Numbered from the stretch's first letter, positions 35,793 to 46,654 are shown. The stretch: 64,000 nucleotides of DNA from Thermodesulfobacteriota bacterium (GCA_040757055.1 JBFLXY010000011.1:19099-83098); one strand, 5' to 3'. Notes: generated from the sequence alone by a model not told the origin. A program made the numbers and translations.

Positions 35793-38700
35793 GCGCTGCT
35801 CCGCTGGTTCTGGTTGGCCGCCCACAGGGGGCAGAGATGCCGGAGGCACTCCCTGTTCTGCGCCTGCTGCCGGCAGCGGATCGGGAATTCGGCCAGGAGG
35901 GGGATGGGCAGGAGTTCCTGCGAAAGCCGCGCCGCTTCCTGCAGGGCGGTGACACTTTCCCGCTGACAGCAACGGGCGCCGGTGGTTTCCGCGATGCGGC
36001 CGAGCACCCGGGCGGCGGCCTGCTGCGCGAGCTGCCGGGCCTCGGGGGTGAGCGGGGTGGCATTGAGTAGGACGCTCATGCCGATGCCCACGCCGATGGC
36101 TGCCCCGCAAATGCCCCAGAAACCGCAGACCCCGCCCGGCACCTTGCTGCCCCGCTCGATGGCGGCGAGGATGGTTTCCCGGCCGATGTTGCCGCCCCGG
36201 TTGCGGTAGGTGGCGACCATGACGCCAGGCACCAGGGCATGGTGCTCCGGCCCATGGAGCGGAAAGGCCGGATGCTGCCGGATCTGCTGCAAAAGGGCGA
36301 GCATGTCGGTCTCCGTCGATTCGGTGCAGCGCAGCCGGATAATGGAGAGACCGTCGCGCTGGTGGCAATCGTCGCAGATGAAGTGGCCCTGGGCGCAGAC
36401 GCTGTGGGTGGTGCGGGTGCCGCCGCAGTAATGGCAGGACGCGGTGCCGGGCTGGGCCAGGTAGGTGAGTTCGTTGCCGCAGACCATGCAGCCGGCGGCA
36501 TGGCGTACTGGCGTGGTCGCCGGGAAGGGCAGGATTTTGGGGGCGACGGTTTCCGGCGGCGTGGCGCAGCAACCGGTCGCGGACTCAGTCGCCTCTCCTG
36601 GCGTGCTGCAGCAGGCGTTGGCCATGGCGATATTGGTCACCGCGCCTGTTTCGTCGAGCAGCAGCACCGAATCGTCGAGCTCTTTGGCATCGGCCAGCGG
36701 GATGGCGATGCGCTGTCCCTTGACCAGCGTGATGCCGCTCTCGCTGACCACGGCGGCAAAGGGGCCGCGATAGATTGCCTCAGCCGTGGCGGTTGTTGCC
36801 GGTTTCCAGGCGCAGTAGGTGAGGGAGTAAAACTGGACGCCGTCCACCAGCCGGTAGGGAAAGCGTTTGATGAGCCGGGCATTGCCAAAGCTCGCGGCCC
36901 GCAGCATGGCCATGAGTTCCTCCTGCTGCATGGCGCCGCCCAGACATTCGCCGCGGAACCGCGCGTTGTTCTTGATGGCCACCGGGATCGCCCCGTCGGT
37001 GACGATGTCGGAAATCACCAGCCGGCCGCCGGGGTTGAGCACCCGGAAGATCTCGTGAAAGGTGCGCCGCTTGTCCGGCGAGAGATTGATGACGCAGTTG
37101 GAGATCACCACGTCGGCACTGGCATCCGCCAGCGGCAGGGCCTCCAGAAAACCTTTCCTGAATTCGAGATTGTCGTAGCCGAGTCGCTGGCGCACCTCGG
37201 CCTGGGAGGCGCGGGCCAGCGAGAGCATCTCTTCGGTCATGTCGATGCCGCAGACCCGGCCCTGCGGGCCCACCTTTTCGGCGGCGAGGAAACACTCCAC
37301 TCCGCTGCCGCTGCCGAGATCGACCAGGGTCTCTCCGGCCTTGAGGCCGGCATCGCTCACCGGGCTGCCGCAGCCGTACGAGCGCTGGCGGGAGGCCAGG
37401 GGAATGAAGTGGGCCGCGGCCTGTTCCGGGGCAAAGGGATTGACGATGTTGGTGTTGGCCTGCACTGCGGCCTGGGCATAAAATTCCCGCACCGGGCGGT
37501 GTCCGTGGTCGCCGGCCAGGGATACCACGCAGTTGCAGTGGGTGAGGGCGACCTCCCGGCCGTCCGGGCAGTCGTGGCGCACGTCGCCCATGCGGAGCAG
37601 CAGTTCGCCGTCATCCGGGACCGGATACTGCCGTGCCTGCGCGGCGATGAGCCAGAGGGCCAGATCGGCATACATATCCACGTAGGGATCGTGGCCGGTG
37701 AAGGCCCCGCCGGCTAGGTAGCTGTGGTCGAGGTCGTGACCGCCGGTAAGGAAGCCGCAGGGGTTGGCCCGGAGCCCGGCGTTGTCGATGTGCGAGGCCC
37801 GGCGGATGCGGTCGAGCACCGGGCTGTGGCGCCAGGCTTGTTCGAGGCCCTCTGTCACCGGCCCGCAGGCGAGTTCCGCGACCCCCACCAGGGCGGGCGA
37901 GGGGTAGACCATGGAGTCCGGCCCGATGGCCAGGGATTCCCATCCGGCGTTGCTGCCGTCGTGACGGGTGCCGGGCGAGCTGAAGACCTGTCCCTTGAGG
38001 GCCTCGATGTTGTCGATGGCGACCCCCAGTTTCTCGGCCTCACCGTGGGCCGCCAGCAGCACCGGCAGAATCTCTGCCGGCGCAACAAACTGCGCCAGAG
38101 TGCCCTTGCCCCGCACGAAATGCCAGAGCAGGTGGATGTTCTTCACCCCGTGGTCCGCGGCCAGGCTGACCAGGGCCGGCAAATCGGGGAGATTGCCGCG
38201 GTTGACCGCCACCGAGAGGGTGGTCTGGATGCCCTCGGCGCGCAGAAGGCGCAGGCTGGCAAGCAGCCGCTGGAAGGTGCCGGGGCCGCGCAGATGGTCG
38301 TGGCTCTGCTCCAGGCCGTCGAGGCTCAACTGGAGGTGGAGCCGCTCGCTGGGAAGTTTTCTGAGGGTCGCCAGGTGCTCGCCCAGCAGCAGGCCGTTGG
38401 TGAGTACCACCGCATGAGCCCCGGGATTGGCGAGCACATCGGCGAGCAGGGCCGGGAAATCCGGATAGACAAAGGGTTCGCCGCCGGTGAAATAGAAGAG
38501 GGTGCAGCCCAGGTCCGTTGCCTCGGCCATGGACCGGCGCAGGATCTCCGGCGCCAGGGCCGTCTTTTCCGCCGGCGAGGCGGCAAAAAGGCAGTGGCGG
38601 CAGGCGAGGTTGCACTGGTTGGTGAGGTGGAACCAGCATTCCTTGAGGGTATTCAGGGTGAGGGCGTGGTGGCGGCCTGCATAGGGGGGGGGCGCGCCCC

Positions 38701-39001
38701 GGTCCAACTGGGCGTACAGCTGTTCCATGGCCAGCAGGGTCGCGGCCAGGGGCTGGTCATCCGGAGAACGGCGGGCGGCCTCGTCGAGGCTTTCGGCAGC
38801 CTGCATGGCCTGGAGCAGCCGGTCGGCCCCGGGGCCGGGCACGGCCCAATCCGGTTTTTCCGGGTGGAGGTAGATGGGGCAGCCTTGCCAGCTATGGCGC
38901 TGCCAGTGGGGAAGCAAGCCCATGGGAAACCCGCGCGAAGATTTTGTGGTTCCGCCCCGGTTGCGGGGCGCACTTGCTGCACCATAATGATCGCCGGCCA
39001 T
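35789..39001 (-). CDS. Multidomain protein: radical-SAM domain, ArsM/AS3MT-type SAM methyltransferase (with its C-terminal domain), and a Cys-rich C-terminal domain
   Basis: rSAM domain: [14 protein letters not shown]...FTGGEPF (residues ~120-300). Methyltransferase: [37 protein letters not shown], and CC pairs at 797-798 and 811-812 (residues ~505-815). C-terminal domain: CMVCG...CHYCG...HFICDDCH...CC...C (residues ~836-1060). The start is uncertain between M1 and M27. Confidence 0.8.
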   Translation of the reverse strand: MAGDHYGAASAPRNRGGTTKSSRGFPMGLLPHWQRHSWQGCPIYLHPEKPDWAVPGPGADRLLQAMQAAESLDEAARRSPDDQPLAATLLAMEQLYAQLDRGAPPPYAGRHHALTLNTLKECWFHLTNQCNLACRHCLFAASPAEKTALAPEILRRSMAEATDLGCTLFYFTGGEPFVYPDFPALLADVLANPGAHAVVLTNGLLLGEHLATLRKLPSERLHLQLSLDGLEQSHDHLRGPGTFQRLLASLRLLRAEGIQTTLSVAVNRGNLPDLPALVSLAADHGVKNIHLLWHFVRGKGTLAQFVAPAEILPVLLAAHGEAEKLGVAIDNIEALKGQVFSSPGTRHDGSNAGWESLAIGPDSMVYPSPALVGVAELACGPVTEGLEQAWRHSPVLDRIRRASHIDNAGLRANPCGFLTGGHDLDHSYLAGGAFTGHDPYVDMYADLALWLIAAQARQYPVPDDGELLLRMGDVRHDCPDGREVALTHCNCVVSLAGDHGHRPVREFYAQAAVQANTNIVNPFAPEQAAAHFIPLASRQRSYGCGSPVSDAGLKAGETLVDLGSGSGVECFLAAEKVGPQGRVCGIDMTEEMLSLARASQAEVRQRLGYDNLEFRKGFLEALPLADASADVVISNCVINLSPDKRRTFHEIFRVLNPGGRLVISDIVTDGAIPVAIKNNARFRGECLGGAMQQEELMAMLRAASFGNARLIKRFPYRLVDGVQFYSLTYCAWKPATTATAEAIYRGPFAAVVSESGITLVKGQRIAIPLADAKELDDSVLLLDETGAVTNIAMANACCSTPGEATESATGCCATPPETVAPKILPFPATTPVRHAAGCMVCGNELTYLAQPGTASCHYCGGTRTTHSVCAQGHFICDDCHQRDGLSIIRLRCTESTETDMLALLQQIRQHPAFPLHGPEHHALVPGVMVATYRNRGGNIGRETILAAIERGSKVPGGVCGFWGICGAAIGVGIGMSVLLNATPLTPEARQLAQQAAARVLGRIAETTGARCCQRESVTALQEAARLSQELLPIPLLAEFPIRCRQQAQNRECLRHLCPLWAANQNQRSSA

Positions 39002-39089
39002 CGGGTCAAGCCGTTCTTCTCCGGCAAGGTTCCGGCGAGAAAATGATGCCTTCCCCTGCGGGAGTCAGGTATACTGCTTGGAGGCATGG

Positions 39090-39674
39090 ATGATGACCAC
39101 GGAATCACGGGAAACATTGCGGCAGCGGATACTGGCGGCGCGGGATGCGTTGCCGGAGGCGGTTCGGCAGGAGCGGAGCGCGGCCATCTGCGCCCGGCTG
39201 TGGGAGATTCCGGCGGTGGCGGCGGGGGGCACCGTCATGGTCTATGTCAGCTTCCGCAGCGAGGTGGAGACCGGCCCCTTGATCGCCGAGGCCCTGCGCC
39301 GCGGGGTGACCGTGGCGGTGCCGCGCACCGAGGTGAAGGCCAAACGGCTGGCGGTCTATCGCCTGAGCGATCCGGGCCGGGAACTGCGCCCCGGCTATTG
39401 TGGCATCATGGAGCCCGACCCGGCCCGGGCCGCGCCCGTTGAGCCGGCGGCCATCGACGTCGTTATCCTGCCGGGCAGCGTCTTTGACCGGCACGGCGGC
39501 CGGCTGGGATATGGCGGCGGCTATTACGACCGTTTCCTCGCCCTGGAGGCCCCCCGGGCCCTGCGGGTGGCGGTGGCGTTCGATATGCAGGTGGTGGCGA
39601 GGGTGCCGGTGCTGGCGCACGACATGCGGCTGCACTGGCTTGTGACCGAAAGCGGGGCGAGGGCAACGGGATGA
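39090..39674 (+). CDS. 5-formyltetrahydrofolate cyclo-ligase
   Basis: RQRILAARDALP...ILPGSVFDRHGGRLGYGGGYYDRFL. The ATG at 39090 follows GGAGG. The track start at 39078 is a TTG. Confidence 0.85.
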   Translation: MMTTESRETLRQRILAARDALPEAVRQERSAAICARLWEIPAVAAGGTVMVYVSFRSEVETGPLIAEALRRGVTVAVPRTEVKAKRLAVYRLSDPGRELRPGYCGIMEPDPARAAPVEPAAIDVVILPGSVFDRHGGRLGYGGGYYDRFLALEAPRALRVAVAFDMQVVARVPVLAHDMRLHWLVTESGARATG

Positions 39675-40723
39675 CGAAGCGCACGGCGGTGTTCAGGCAC
39701 GAACTCTTTCTGGAACACGACCCGGGCTACGGCCATGTGGAGTCGCCCGACCGGCTGCGCGCCATCTATCAGGCCCTCGACGGCGCCGCCCTCCGAGCCC
39801 GTCTGCTCTTCCCGGATTTCGGCCCGGCCGGCGAGGAGGTGCTGTCTCTGAACCATACCCCGGGCCACATTGCCCGGGTGAAGGCCACCAGCGGCAAGCC
39901 CTTCGAGGTGCTCGACCCGGACACCCATACCTCGCCGCGCTCGTATGAAGCAGCCTGTCTGGCGGCCGGCGCGGTGGTGACGGCCGTGGGGATGGTGGTG
40001 AAGGGCGAGATCGACAATGCCTGCGCCCTGGTCCGTCCGCCGGGCCACCATGCCGAGGCGGACCACACCAGCGGCTTCTGCCTCTTCAACAACGTGGCGG
40101 TGGCGGCCCACTACGGCCTCAAGCACCTGGGGCTCCAGCGCATCCTCATCGTCGACTGGGACATCCACCATGGCAACGGCACCCAGCACTCCTTCTACGA
40201 CACCGACCAGGTGCTCTACTTCTCCACCCACCAGTACCCCTATTTCCCCGGCAGCGGCGCGGTGAGCGAGACCGGCCGCGGCAGGGGCGAAGGGTACACG
40301 GTCAACGTGCCGCTCCAGGGCGGCCAGGACGATTTCGCCTTTGCCCGCATCTTCAACGAGCTTTTGGTGCCCGTTGCCCGACAGTACCGGCCGGAATGCA
40401 TCATCATTTCGGCCGGGTACGACATCTATGCCGGCGATCCCCTGGGCACCATGGGCGTGACCCCGGCCGGCTTCGGCTATCTCACCAGGGTCATGGTGGA
40501 ACTGGCCGAGGAATTGTGCCAGGGTCGTCTGGTGCTGGCGCTGGAAGGGGGCTATTCGTTTGAAGGCTTGGCAGCCGGGGTGCTGGCGAGTGTGGCCGAG
40601 CTGACCGGAGAGGGGGGAATGGCCGGCGAGCGGCTCGATGCCTTCCGCCGCGCCGCCGCTCCGCTGCGCGCCCTGGAGCAGGCCAGGGCCGCGGCAAAAA
40701 AATACTGGACAACGCTTTCCTGA
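39671..40723 (+). CDS. Histone-deacetylase-family (class II-like) deacetylase
   Basis: PPGHHAEADHTSGFCLFNNVAVAA...DWDIHHGNGTQ...GGY. It overlaps the upstream gene by 4 nt. Confidence 0.85.
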   Translation: MTKRTAVFRHELFLEHDPGYGHVESPDRLRAIYQALDGAALRARLLFPDFGPAGEEVLSLNHTPGHIARVKATSGKPFEVLDPDTHTSPRSYEAACLAAGAVVTAVGMVVKGEIDNACALVRPPGHHAEADHTSGFCLFNNVAVAAHYGLKHLGLQRILIVDWDIHHGNGTQHSFYDTDQVLYFSTHQYPYFPGSGAVSETGRGRGEGYTVNVPLQGGQDDFAFARIFNELLVPVARQYRPECIIISAGYDIYAGDPLGTMGVTPAGFGYLTRVMVELAEELCQGRLVLALEGGYSFEGLAAGVLASVAELTGEGGMAGERLDAFRRAAAPLRALEQARAAAKKYWTTLS

Positions 40724-40788
40724 ATCATGGATGATGTACAAGAGATTGAACTTCCGAGGAAAGTGATAAAGAAACGCGGAACCAGGGG

Positions 40789-41874
40789 ATGGATGCAGGC
40801 GTTATGAGGGAAACAGCTCAGGCCAAGGTGCTCATCGCGGACGACGATACCCTGGTCCGCGAGGCGGTGCAGAAGATACTCAGAATGTTCGGCCACGAGG
40901 TGGTGGCGGTGCCCAGCGGCGAAGAGGTGCTGGAGCAACTGTCGCCCGAGTTCGACCTGATCATCCTCGACATCAACATGCCCGGCATGGACGGCTTTGA
41001 GACCCTGAAGCGGCTCAACCGCCAGGATCTCGGCATCCCGGTCATCTTCCTCACCGGCGTGGGCAGCATGGAGTACGCGGTCAAGGCGATCAATCTCGGT
41101 GCCTACGACTTCATCCCCAAGCCCATCGAGGACCTCGATATCTTCAACATCAAGATCCGGCGCGCGGTGGAGAAACGCCACTACGTGCTGCAGGAACGCG
41201 CCTACAAGGAGAATCTCGAACGCGAGGTCAAGGCCAAGACCGCGGAACTGGCCGACAAGAACCGTCTGCTCGAGGAATACAGCCGGAACCTCGAGGTCTC
41301 GGCCCTCGACACCATGCTCACCCTCCAGACCGCGCTGGAAGAGAAGGACATGTACACCGCGGGGCATACCGTCCGGGTGACCAATTACGCCCTGACCATC
41401 GCCCAGGCCATGCGCCTGACCGCCGAGGAGAGCGCCGTGCTGGAGCGGGCCTGCCAGGTGCACGACATCGGCAAACTGGTGATCGACGTCAACTATATCC
41501 GCAAACCCGGCGCGCTGACCGATGAGGAATGGACCTTGATGAAGAAGCATCCGGAGATCGGCGCCAACATCATCAAGCCGCTTTCCTTCATGAGGCAGGA
41601 ACTCTTCATCGTCCGCCACCACCACGAACGGATGGACGGCAAGGGCTATCCCGACGGCCTCGGCGGCAGCGATCTCGACATCCTCACCAAGGTCATCACC
41701 GTGGCAGACAGCTACGATGCCATGACCTCCAAGCGCAGCTACAAGGCCAACATGGACACCGCCGCGGCCATTGCCGAACTGCATCGCTGCGCCGGCAGCC
41801 AGTTCGACCCCGAGGTGGTGCGGGTTTTCGTCGAAGTCCTCCAGAAGAAAAACACCAGCAGCCGCGCCGCATAG
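40789..41874 (+). CDS. Response regulator with HD-GYP output (RpfG-like)
   Basis: REC domain (VLIADDDT...LDINMPGMDG) and HD-GYP motifs (HDIGK...HHERMDGKGYP). Confidence 0.85.
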   Translation: MDAGVMRETAQAKVLIADDDTLVREAVQKILRMFGHEVVAVPSGEEVLEQLSPEFDLIILDINMPGMDGFETLKRLNRQDLGIPVIFLTGVGSMEYAVKAINLGAYDFIPKPIEDLDIFNIKIRRAVEKRHYVLQERAYKENLEREVKAKTAELADKNRLLEEYSRNLEVSALDTMLTLQTALEEKDMYTAGHTVRVTNYALTIAQAMRLTAEESAVLERACQVHDIGKLVIDVNYIRKPGALTDEEWTLMKKHPEIGANIIKPLSFMRQELFIVRHHHERMDGKGYPDGLGGSDLDILTKVITVADSYDAMTSKRSYKANMDTAAAIAELHRCAGSQFDPEVVRVFVEVLQKKNTSSRAA

Positions 41875-41911
41875 TCGCAGGCGGCACAAGGCTTCATGCC
41901 CTGTGCTGCTG

Positions 41912-41943
41912 CTCTTTCCCGGCCACGGGCCGGGACGAAAGAG
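41912..41943 (+). terminator. Long GC-rich hairpin between the HD-GYP regulator and gatC (possible terminator or attenuator)
   Basis: ctctttcccggcc-acg-ggccggg(ac)gaaagag forms a 13-bp stem with a 2-nt bulge. Only a weak T tract follows. Confidence 0.35.
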
Positions 41944-41983
41944 TGTTTGACTTGCCCTGGGCGATGCGGTAAGAGATGGGGCT

Positions 41984-42268
41984 ATGAAAATTACCCCGGA
42001 ACAAGTGCTGTACGTTGCCAGGCTCGCCCGTCTGGACATCGCGCCGGAGGAGGTGGGGCCGACCACCGAGCAGTTGGGCCGCATCCTTGCCTATGTCGAG
42101 AAACTGGATGCGCTCAATACCGAAGGGGTGGCACCCACCACCCATGCCCTGGCGGTGACCAACGCCTTCCGTGACGACGTGGTCCGTCCTTCCCTGCCGC
42201 AGCAGGAGGCGCTGGCCAATGGCCCGCGGGTGAACGGCGAAGCCTTTGTGGTCCCCAAGGTCATTTAA
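41984..42268 (+). CDS. gatC: Asp/Glu-tRNA amidotransferase subunit C
   Basis: MKITPEQVLYVARLARLDI...VEKLDAL... Confidence 0.9.
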   Translation: MKITPEQVLYVARLARLDIAPEEVGPTTEQLGRILAYVEKLDALNTEGVAPTTHALAVTNAFRDDVVRPSLPQQEALANGPRVNGEAFVVPKVI

Positions 42269-42359
42269 TCCACTTGTTCGGCCCGATTGAGGTGCGCACG
42301 GCTAGGCATGATCCGCGGTTTGGATTCGTTGCCGCCGCGGGCCGGCTGTTGAGGATATC

Positions 42360-43820
42360 ATGGAACTTGCTCGCCTGACCATTCATGCCTTGCAGGGCAA
42401 GCTTGCCCGGCGGGAAATTTCCTCCCGCGAACTCACCGAAGCGGTGCTTGCCCGCATTGGTGCGGTGGAAGGGCGGGTGCATGCCTACATCACCCTCGAC
42501 CGCGAAGGGGCGTTAGCCCAGGCCGATGCGGCGGACCAACGCCTCGCTGCCGGCGAGAGCCATCCCTTGTGCGGCATTCCGCTGGCGATCAAGGATGTGC
42601 TCTGCACCAAGGGAGTGCGCACCACCTGCGGCTCGAAGATCCTCGAAAAATTCGTGCCGCCCTACGACGCGGCGGTAATCGAAAAACTCAAGGCGGCGGG
42701 CGCGGTGCTCTTGGGCAAGGCGAGCATGGACGAGTTCGCCATGGGCTCCTCCAACGAGAACTGCGCCTATGGCGCCCCGCACAACCCCTGGCAGCTCGAT
42801 GCGGTCTGCGGCGGTTCCAGCGGCGGGTCGGCCGCGGCAGTGGCGGCGGACGAATGCATCGCCTCGCTCGGTTCCGACACCGGCGGCTCCATCCGGCAGC
42901 CCGCCTCCCACTGCGGGGTGGTGGGGATCAAACCCACCTACGGCCGGGTCTCCCGCTACGGCCTCTTGGCCTACGCCTCCTCCCTCGACCAGATTGGCCC
43001 GCTCACCAAGGACGTGCGGGATGCGGCGATCATGCTCAATGCCATCTGCGGTTACGACCAGCGGGACTCCACCTCGGTGGATGTGCCGGTGCCGGACTAT
43101 ACCGCGGTCCTGGTTGATGGGCTTGGCGGCCTCAAGGTGGGGATTCCCAGGGAATATTTCGCGGCCGGCCTCGATTCCGAGGTGGAGAGCGCGGTGCGGG
43201 GCGCGATCCGGCAGCTTGAAGCAGCGGGCGCGGAGCTGGTTGAAGTCTCCCTGCCCCACACCGAATATGGGGTGGCGGCCTATTACATCATCGCCCCGGC
43301 CGAGGCGAGTTCGAATCTCGCCCGTTACGACGGCGTGCGCTTCGGCCACCGCGACATGGGCGCCGGGACCCTGCACGACATGTACCGCCAGAGCCGTTCC
43401 CAGGGCTTTGGTCCCGAGGTGAAGCGCCGCATCATCATCGGCACCTACGCCCTTTCCTCCGGCTACTACGATGCCTACTACAAGAAGGCCTCCCAGGCAC
43501 GCACCCTGATTATCGAGGACTTTACCAAGGCCCTGGCCCAGTGCGATGCCCTGATTTCGCCGGTGACTCCGGCGCCGGCCTGGCGGCTCGGCGAAAAGAC
43601 CGCCGACCCCTTGAGCATGTATCTTTCCGACGCCCTGACCATCCCGACCAACCTGGCGGGGCTGCCGGGGATCTCGGTGCCCTGCGGCCTGAGCGCGGTC
43701 GGCCTGCCCATCGGCGTCCAGTTGCAGGCCGCCCCCTTTGCCGAGGAAAAACTGTTGCGGCTTGCCTACAACCTCGAACAGCGGCTGGGCTTCGTCGGCC
43801 GCAAGCCGGCCCTGGCATGA
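42360..43820 (+). CDS. gatA: Asp/Glu-tRNA amidotransferase subunit A
   Basis: Amidase signature [13 protein letters not shown]...[12 protein letters not shown]. Confidence 0.95.
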   Translation: MELARLTIHALQGKLARREISSRELTEAVLARIGAVEGRVHAYITLDREGALAQADAADQRLAAGESHPLCGIPLAIKDVLCTKGVRTTCGSKILEKFVPPYDAAVIEKLKAAGAVLLGKASMDEFAMGSSNENCAYGAPHNPWQLDAVCGGSSGGSAAAVAADECIASLGSDTGGSIRQPASHCGVVGIKPTYGRVSRYGLLAYASSLDQIGPLTKDVRDAAIMLNAICGYDQRDSTSVDVPVPDYTAVLVDGLGGLKVGIPREYFAAGLDSEVESAVRGAIRQLEAAGAELVEVSLPHTEYGVAAYYIIAPAEASSNLARYDGVRFGHRDMGAGTLHDMYRQSRSQGFGPEVKRRIIIGTYALSSGYYDAYYKKASQARTLIIEDFTKALAQCDALISPVTPAPAWRLGEKTADPLSMYLSDALTIPTNLAGLPGISVPCGLSAVGLPIGVQLQAAPFAEEKLLRLAYNLEQRLGFVGRKPALA

Positions 43821-44929
43821 CCATGAAACTGAACGTCGCCGACAACATCGCCACCCTGATTCCGTACCCGCCCGGCAAGCCTCTGGAGGAACTGGAGCGG
43901 GAATACGGCATCACCGGCTCCATCAAGCTCGCCTCCAACGAAAATCCGCTGGGCCCCTCGCCCAAGGCGGTGGCCGCGATCAGCGCGAGCCTTGGCAATC
44001 TGCACCGCTATCCCGACGGCAGCTGCTACTATCTGGCCCAGGCCCTGGCGAAAAAAATCGGGGTGGACCCGGCGGAACTGGTCTTCGGCAACGGCTCCAA
44101 CGAGATCATCGGCCTCCTCATCGCCGCCTTCCTGGCCCCGGGCCAGGAGGTGGTGACCAGCCACCCGACCTTCCTCGTCTATCAGAAGATGGTGCAGGCC
44201 CAGGGCGGGATCAACCGGGTGGTGCCGCTCCGCGACATGCGCCACGACCTCGATGCCATCCTGGCCGCGGTGACCGGCAAGACCCGCCTCATCTTTCTCG
44301 ACAACCCAAACAACCCGACGGGTACGGTCTTCACCGCCGCCGAGTTCGAGGCCTTCCTCGCCAGGGTGCCTGAGGGCGTGATCGTAGCCCTGGACGAGGC
44401 GTATGTCGATTTCGTCGAGCCGGCCCTCCAGTTCGACGCCCGCAAATACCTCCGGCACAAGACCCCGGTGGTGGCCCTGCGCACCTTTTCCAAGGCCTAT
44501 GGCCTGGCGGGCCTCCGGGTCGGCTACGGCATCATGCACCGGGAGATCGCCGATTATCTTCACCGGGTGCGCCAGCCCTTCAACGTGAACCAGCTGGCCC
44601 AGGTGGCGGCCCTGGCCGCTCTGGAGGATGACGACCACTATGAGAAGACCCTGCGGCTGACCCGCGAGGGCATGGCCTGGCTGGCTGCCGAGGTGGAAAA
44701 GTTCGGCTGCACCGCCTTTCCGAGTCAGACCAATTTTTTTCTCATCGACGTCAAGGGCGAGGGCAAGCAGCTTTACGAACGGATGCTCATGAAGGGGGTC
44801 ATTGTCCGGCCGATGCAGGCCTACGGCTATCCAACCTACATCCGCATCACCGTAGGGCTGCCCGAGGAAAACATCCGCTTCGTGAAAAGCCTTGGCGAAA
44901 CGCTGCAGGAGCTCGGCTATGGCCGTTAA
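43817..44929 (+). CDS. hisC: Histidinol-phosphate aminotransferase
   Basis: [13 protein letters not shown]...NPNNPTG...[14 protein letters not shown]. Its ATG overlaps the gatA stop. Confidence 0.9.
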   Translation: MTMKLNVADNIATLIPYPPGKPLEELEREYGITGSIKLASNENPLGPSPKAVAAISASLGNLHRYPDGSCYYLAQALAKKIGVDPAELVFGNGSNEIIGLLIAAFLAPGQEVVTSHPTFLVYQKMVQAQGGINRVVPLRDMRHDLDAILAAVTGKTRLIFLDNPNNPTGTVFTAAEFEAFLARVPEGVIVALDEAYVDFVEPALQFDARKYLRHKTPVVALRTFSKAYGLAGLRVGYGIMHREIADYLHRVRQPFNVNQLAQVAALAALEDDDHYEKTLRLTREGMAWLAAEVEKFGCTAFPSQTNFFLIDVKGEGKQLYERMLMKGVIVRPMQAYGYPTYIRITVGLPEENIRFVKSLGETLQELGYGR

Positions 44930-45599
44930 GGAACCCATCGTCACCATCGACGGCCCTTCCGGGGCGGGCAAATCCACCATCAGCCGGATGCTGGCGGCGA
45001 GACTCCGCTTCGCCTACCTCGACACCGGCGCCATGTACCGGGCCGTGGGGCTGGCCGTGGAGCGGCAGGGCATCGACCTGGCCGACGGCACCGCGCTCAA
45101 AAAATGTCTCGCTGCCATCCGCATCGAACTGATGCCCAGCGAGCACGACGATGTGCGGGTGATTCTGAACGGCGAGGACATCTCCGCCGCCATCCGCACT
45201 CCGGCCATGGCCATGGTGGCCTCCAGGGTCTCGGCGGTACCCCTGGTGCGGGAGAAGCTCAGCGAACTCCAGCGGGCCATCGGCGCCCACGGCGGCATCG
45301 TCGCCGAGGGCCGCGACATGGGCACCGTGGTCTTTCCGGAGGCCCCCTACAAATTCTACCTCGATGCCTCGGCCGAGGAACGGGCCCGCCGCCGCCATGA
45401 GCAGCTCCGGCAAAAGGGGCAGGCTGCCGACTATCAGGAAATTCTGGACCAGATCGTCAAACGTGACTATGATGACAGCAGGCGTGCGCTCGCCCCTCTG
45501 AAACCGGCCGACGACGCGATCATCGTCGATTCGTCGGCCATGGATCCCGAGGCGGTGGTGGCATTCATGCTGGAACGCATGGGCAGGGCATCTGGCTGA
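44919..45599 (+). CDS. cmk: Cytidylate kinase
   Basis: IVTIDGPSGAGKSTISR...LDTGAMYR. Confidence 0.9.
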   Translation: MAVKEPIVTIDGPSGAGKSTISRMLAARLRFAYLDTGAMYRAVGLAVERQGIDLADGTALKKCLAAIRIELMPSEHDDVRVILNGEDISAAIRTPAMAMVASRVSAVPLVREKLSELQRAIGAHGGIVAEGRDMGTVVFPEAPYKFYLDASAEERARRRHEQLRQKGQAADYQEILDQIVKRDYDDSRRALAPLKPADDAIIVDSSAMDPEAVVAFMLERMGRASG

Positions 45600-45612
45600 C
45601 AGGGAGGATGGT

Positions 45613-45963
45613 ATGGCGGGAGAAGAGTCGCGGGCGCTGGAGCGGCGGCACCTCATCTATTACCTTGAGGTCCATGACGACACCACCGGCGGCCTGTTGG
45701 GGCATCTGGTGGACATCACCACCGAGGGCATCAAGCTGGTGAGCAAGGAGCCCATTGAAAAGGGCAGGCTCTTCCGGTTGCGCATGCGCCTGCCCGAGGA
45801 TTATTTCGACGAAAAGACCCTGCGCTTTGAGGCCAAGAGCCTCTGGAGCTCCAACGACGTGAATCCGGATTTTTACGATACCGGCTTCAGCGTCATCGGC
45901 ATGGACAAGCGCACCAAGGACATCGTCGCCGGTCTGGTGGGCCAGTTCGGCTTCAACGACTGA
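45613..45963 (+). CDS. PilZ-domain protein
   Basis: RALER (RxxxR) followed by DITTEG (a D-x-S/T-x-x-G-like motif). Size is about 116 aa. Confidence 0.6.
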   Translation: MAGEESRALERRHLIYYLEVHDDTTGGLLGHLVDITTEGIKLVSKEPIEKGRLFRLRMRLPEDYFDEKTLRFEAKSLWSSNDVNPDFYDTGFSVIGMDKRTKDIVAGLVGQFGFND

Positions 45964-46036
45964 GCAGCTCTTCGGAAGCCAGCAGCGGCGCGCCTTCATC
46001 GGGAAGGGGCGCCGTCTTTTTTTCGGGGGTATCGGA

Positions 46037-46654
46037 GTGGAAAAGATTGTGGATTGTCGGGGCATGCTCTGCCCCCAGCCGGTCATCGCGACCCGGGACG
46101 CCTTGGCGGCCATGGCGCATGGGGTGCTCACGGTGGCGGTGGACAACGAGGCGTCGCGCAGCAATGTGGAGCGCTTTGCCGTCAGTCAGGGATGCGCGGT
46201 GGCGGTGGCGGAAGAAGCCGGGGTGTTCCGGCTGACCATCACCAAGCCGGGTGGCGCCATGCCGGCGCCCGACGCCGCTGCGGCCGAGTCCTATACCTGC
46301 CCCATCCCGGCTGCCGCCGGCGTGATCTACGTGATTCCCTCCGACACCATGGGGCACGGCGACGACGACCTCGGCCGGCTGCTGCTGCGCGCCTTTGTTA
46401 AGACCATCCGGGAGATGCAACCGCGGCCGGCGGCCATCTTCTTTTACAATACCGGGGTGAGGGTCACGGCCGCCGATTCCGACCTCATCCCGCCGCTCAA
46501 GGAGCTGGAGGCGGAAAAAGTGGCCATCTTCTCCTGCGGCACCTGCCTTGATTTTTTCAACCTCAAGGAGCAGCTGCTGGTCGGCAAGGTCACCAACATG
46601 TACGAGATCATGGCGGCCATGAGCACCGCTGCCAGGGTCGTGAGCCCTTACTAG
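46037..46654 (+). CDS. yedF: Selenium-metabolism protein YedF (TusA/SirA-like N-terminus plus DsrE-like C-terminus)
   Basis: RGMLCPQP (CPxP motif), then SDTMGHGDDDLG...FFYNTGV...FSCGTCLDFF...VGKVTNMYEI. GTG start. Confidence 0.8.
   Translation: MEKIVDCRGMLCPQPVIATRDALAAMAHGVLTVAVDNEASRSNVERFAVSQGCAVAVAEEAGVFRLTITKPGGAMPAPDAAAAESYTCPIPAAAGVIYVIPSDTMGHGDDDLGRLLLRAFVKTIREMQPRPAAIFFYNTGVRVTAADSDLIPPLKELEAEKVAIFSCGTCLDFFNLKEQLLVGKVTNMYEIMAAMSTAARVVSPY

Noticed and set aside
37400-38100. SPASM/twitch auxiliary Fe-S domain after the radical-SAM core of the 1070-aa protein
   Set aside because: Only scattered cysteines are present (C379, C415, C478, C489, C491), with no CX2CX5CX3C-type cluster. I do not call a SPASM domain.
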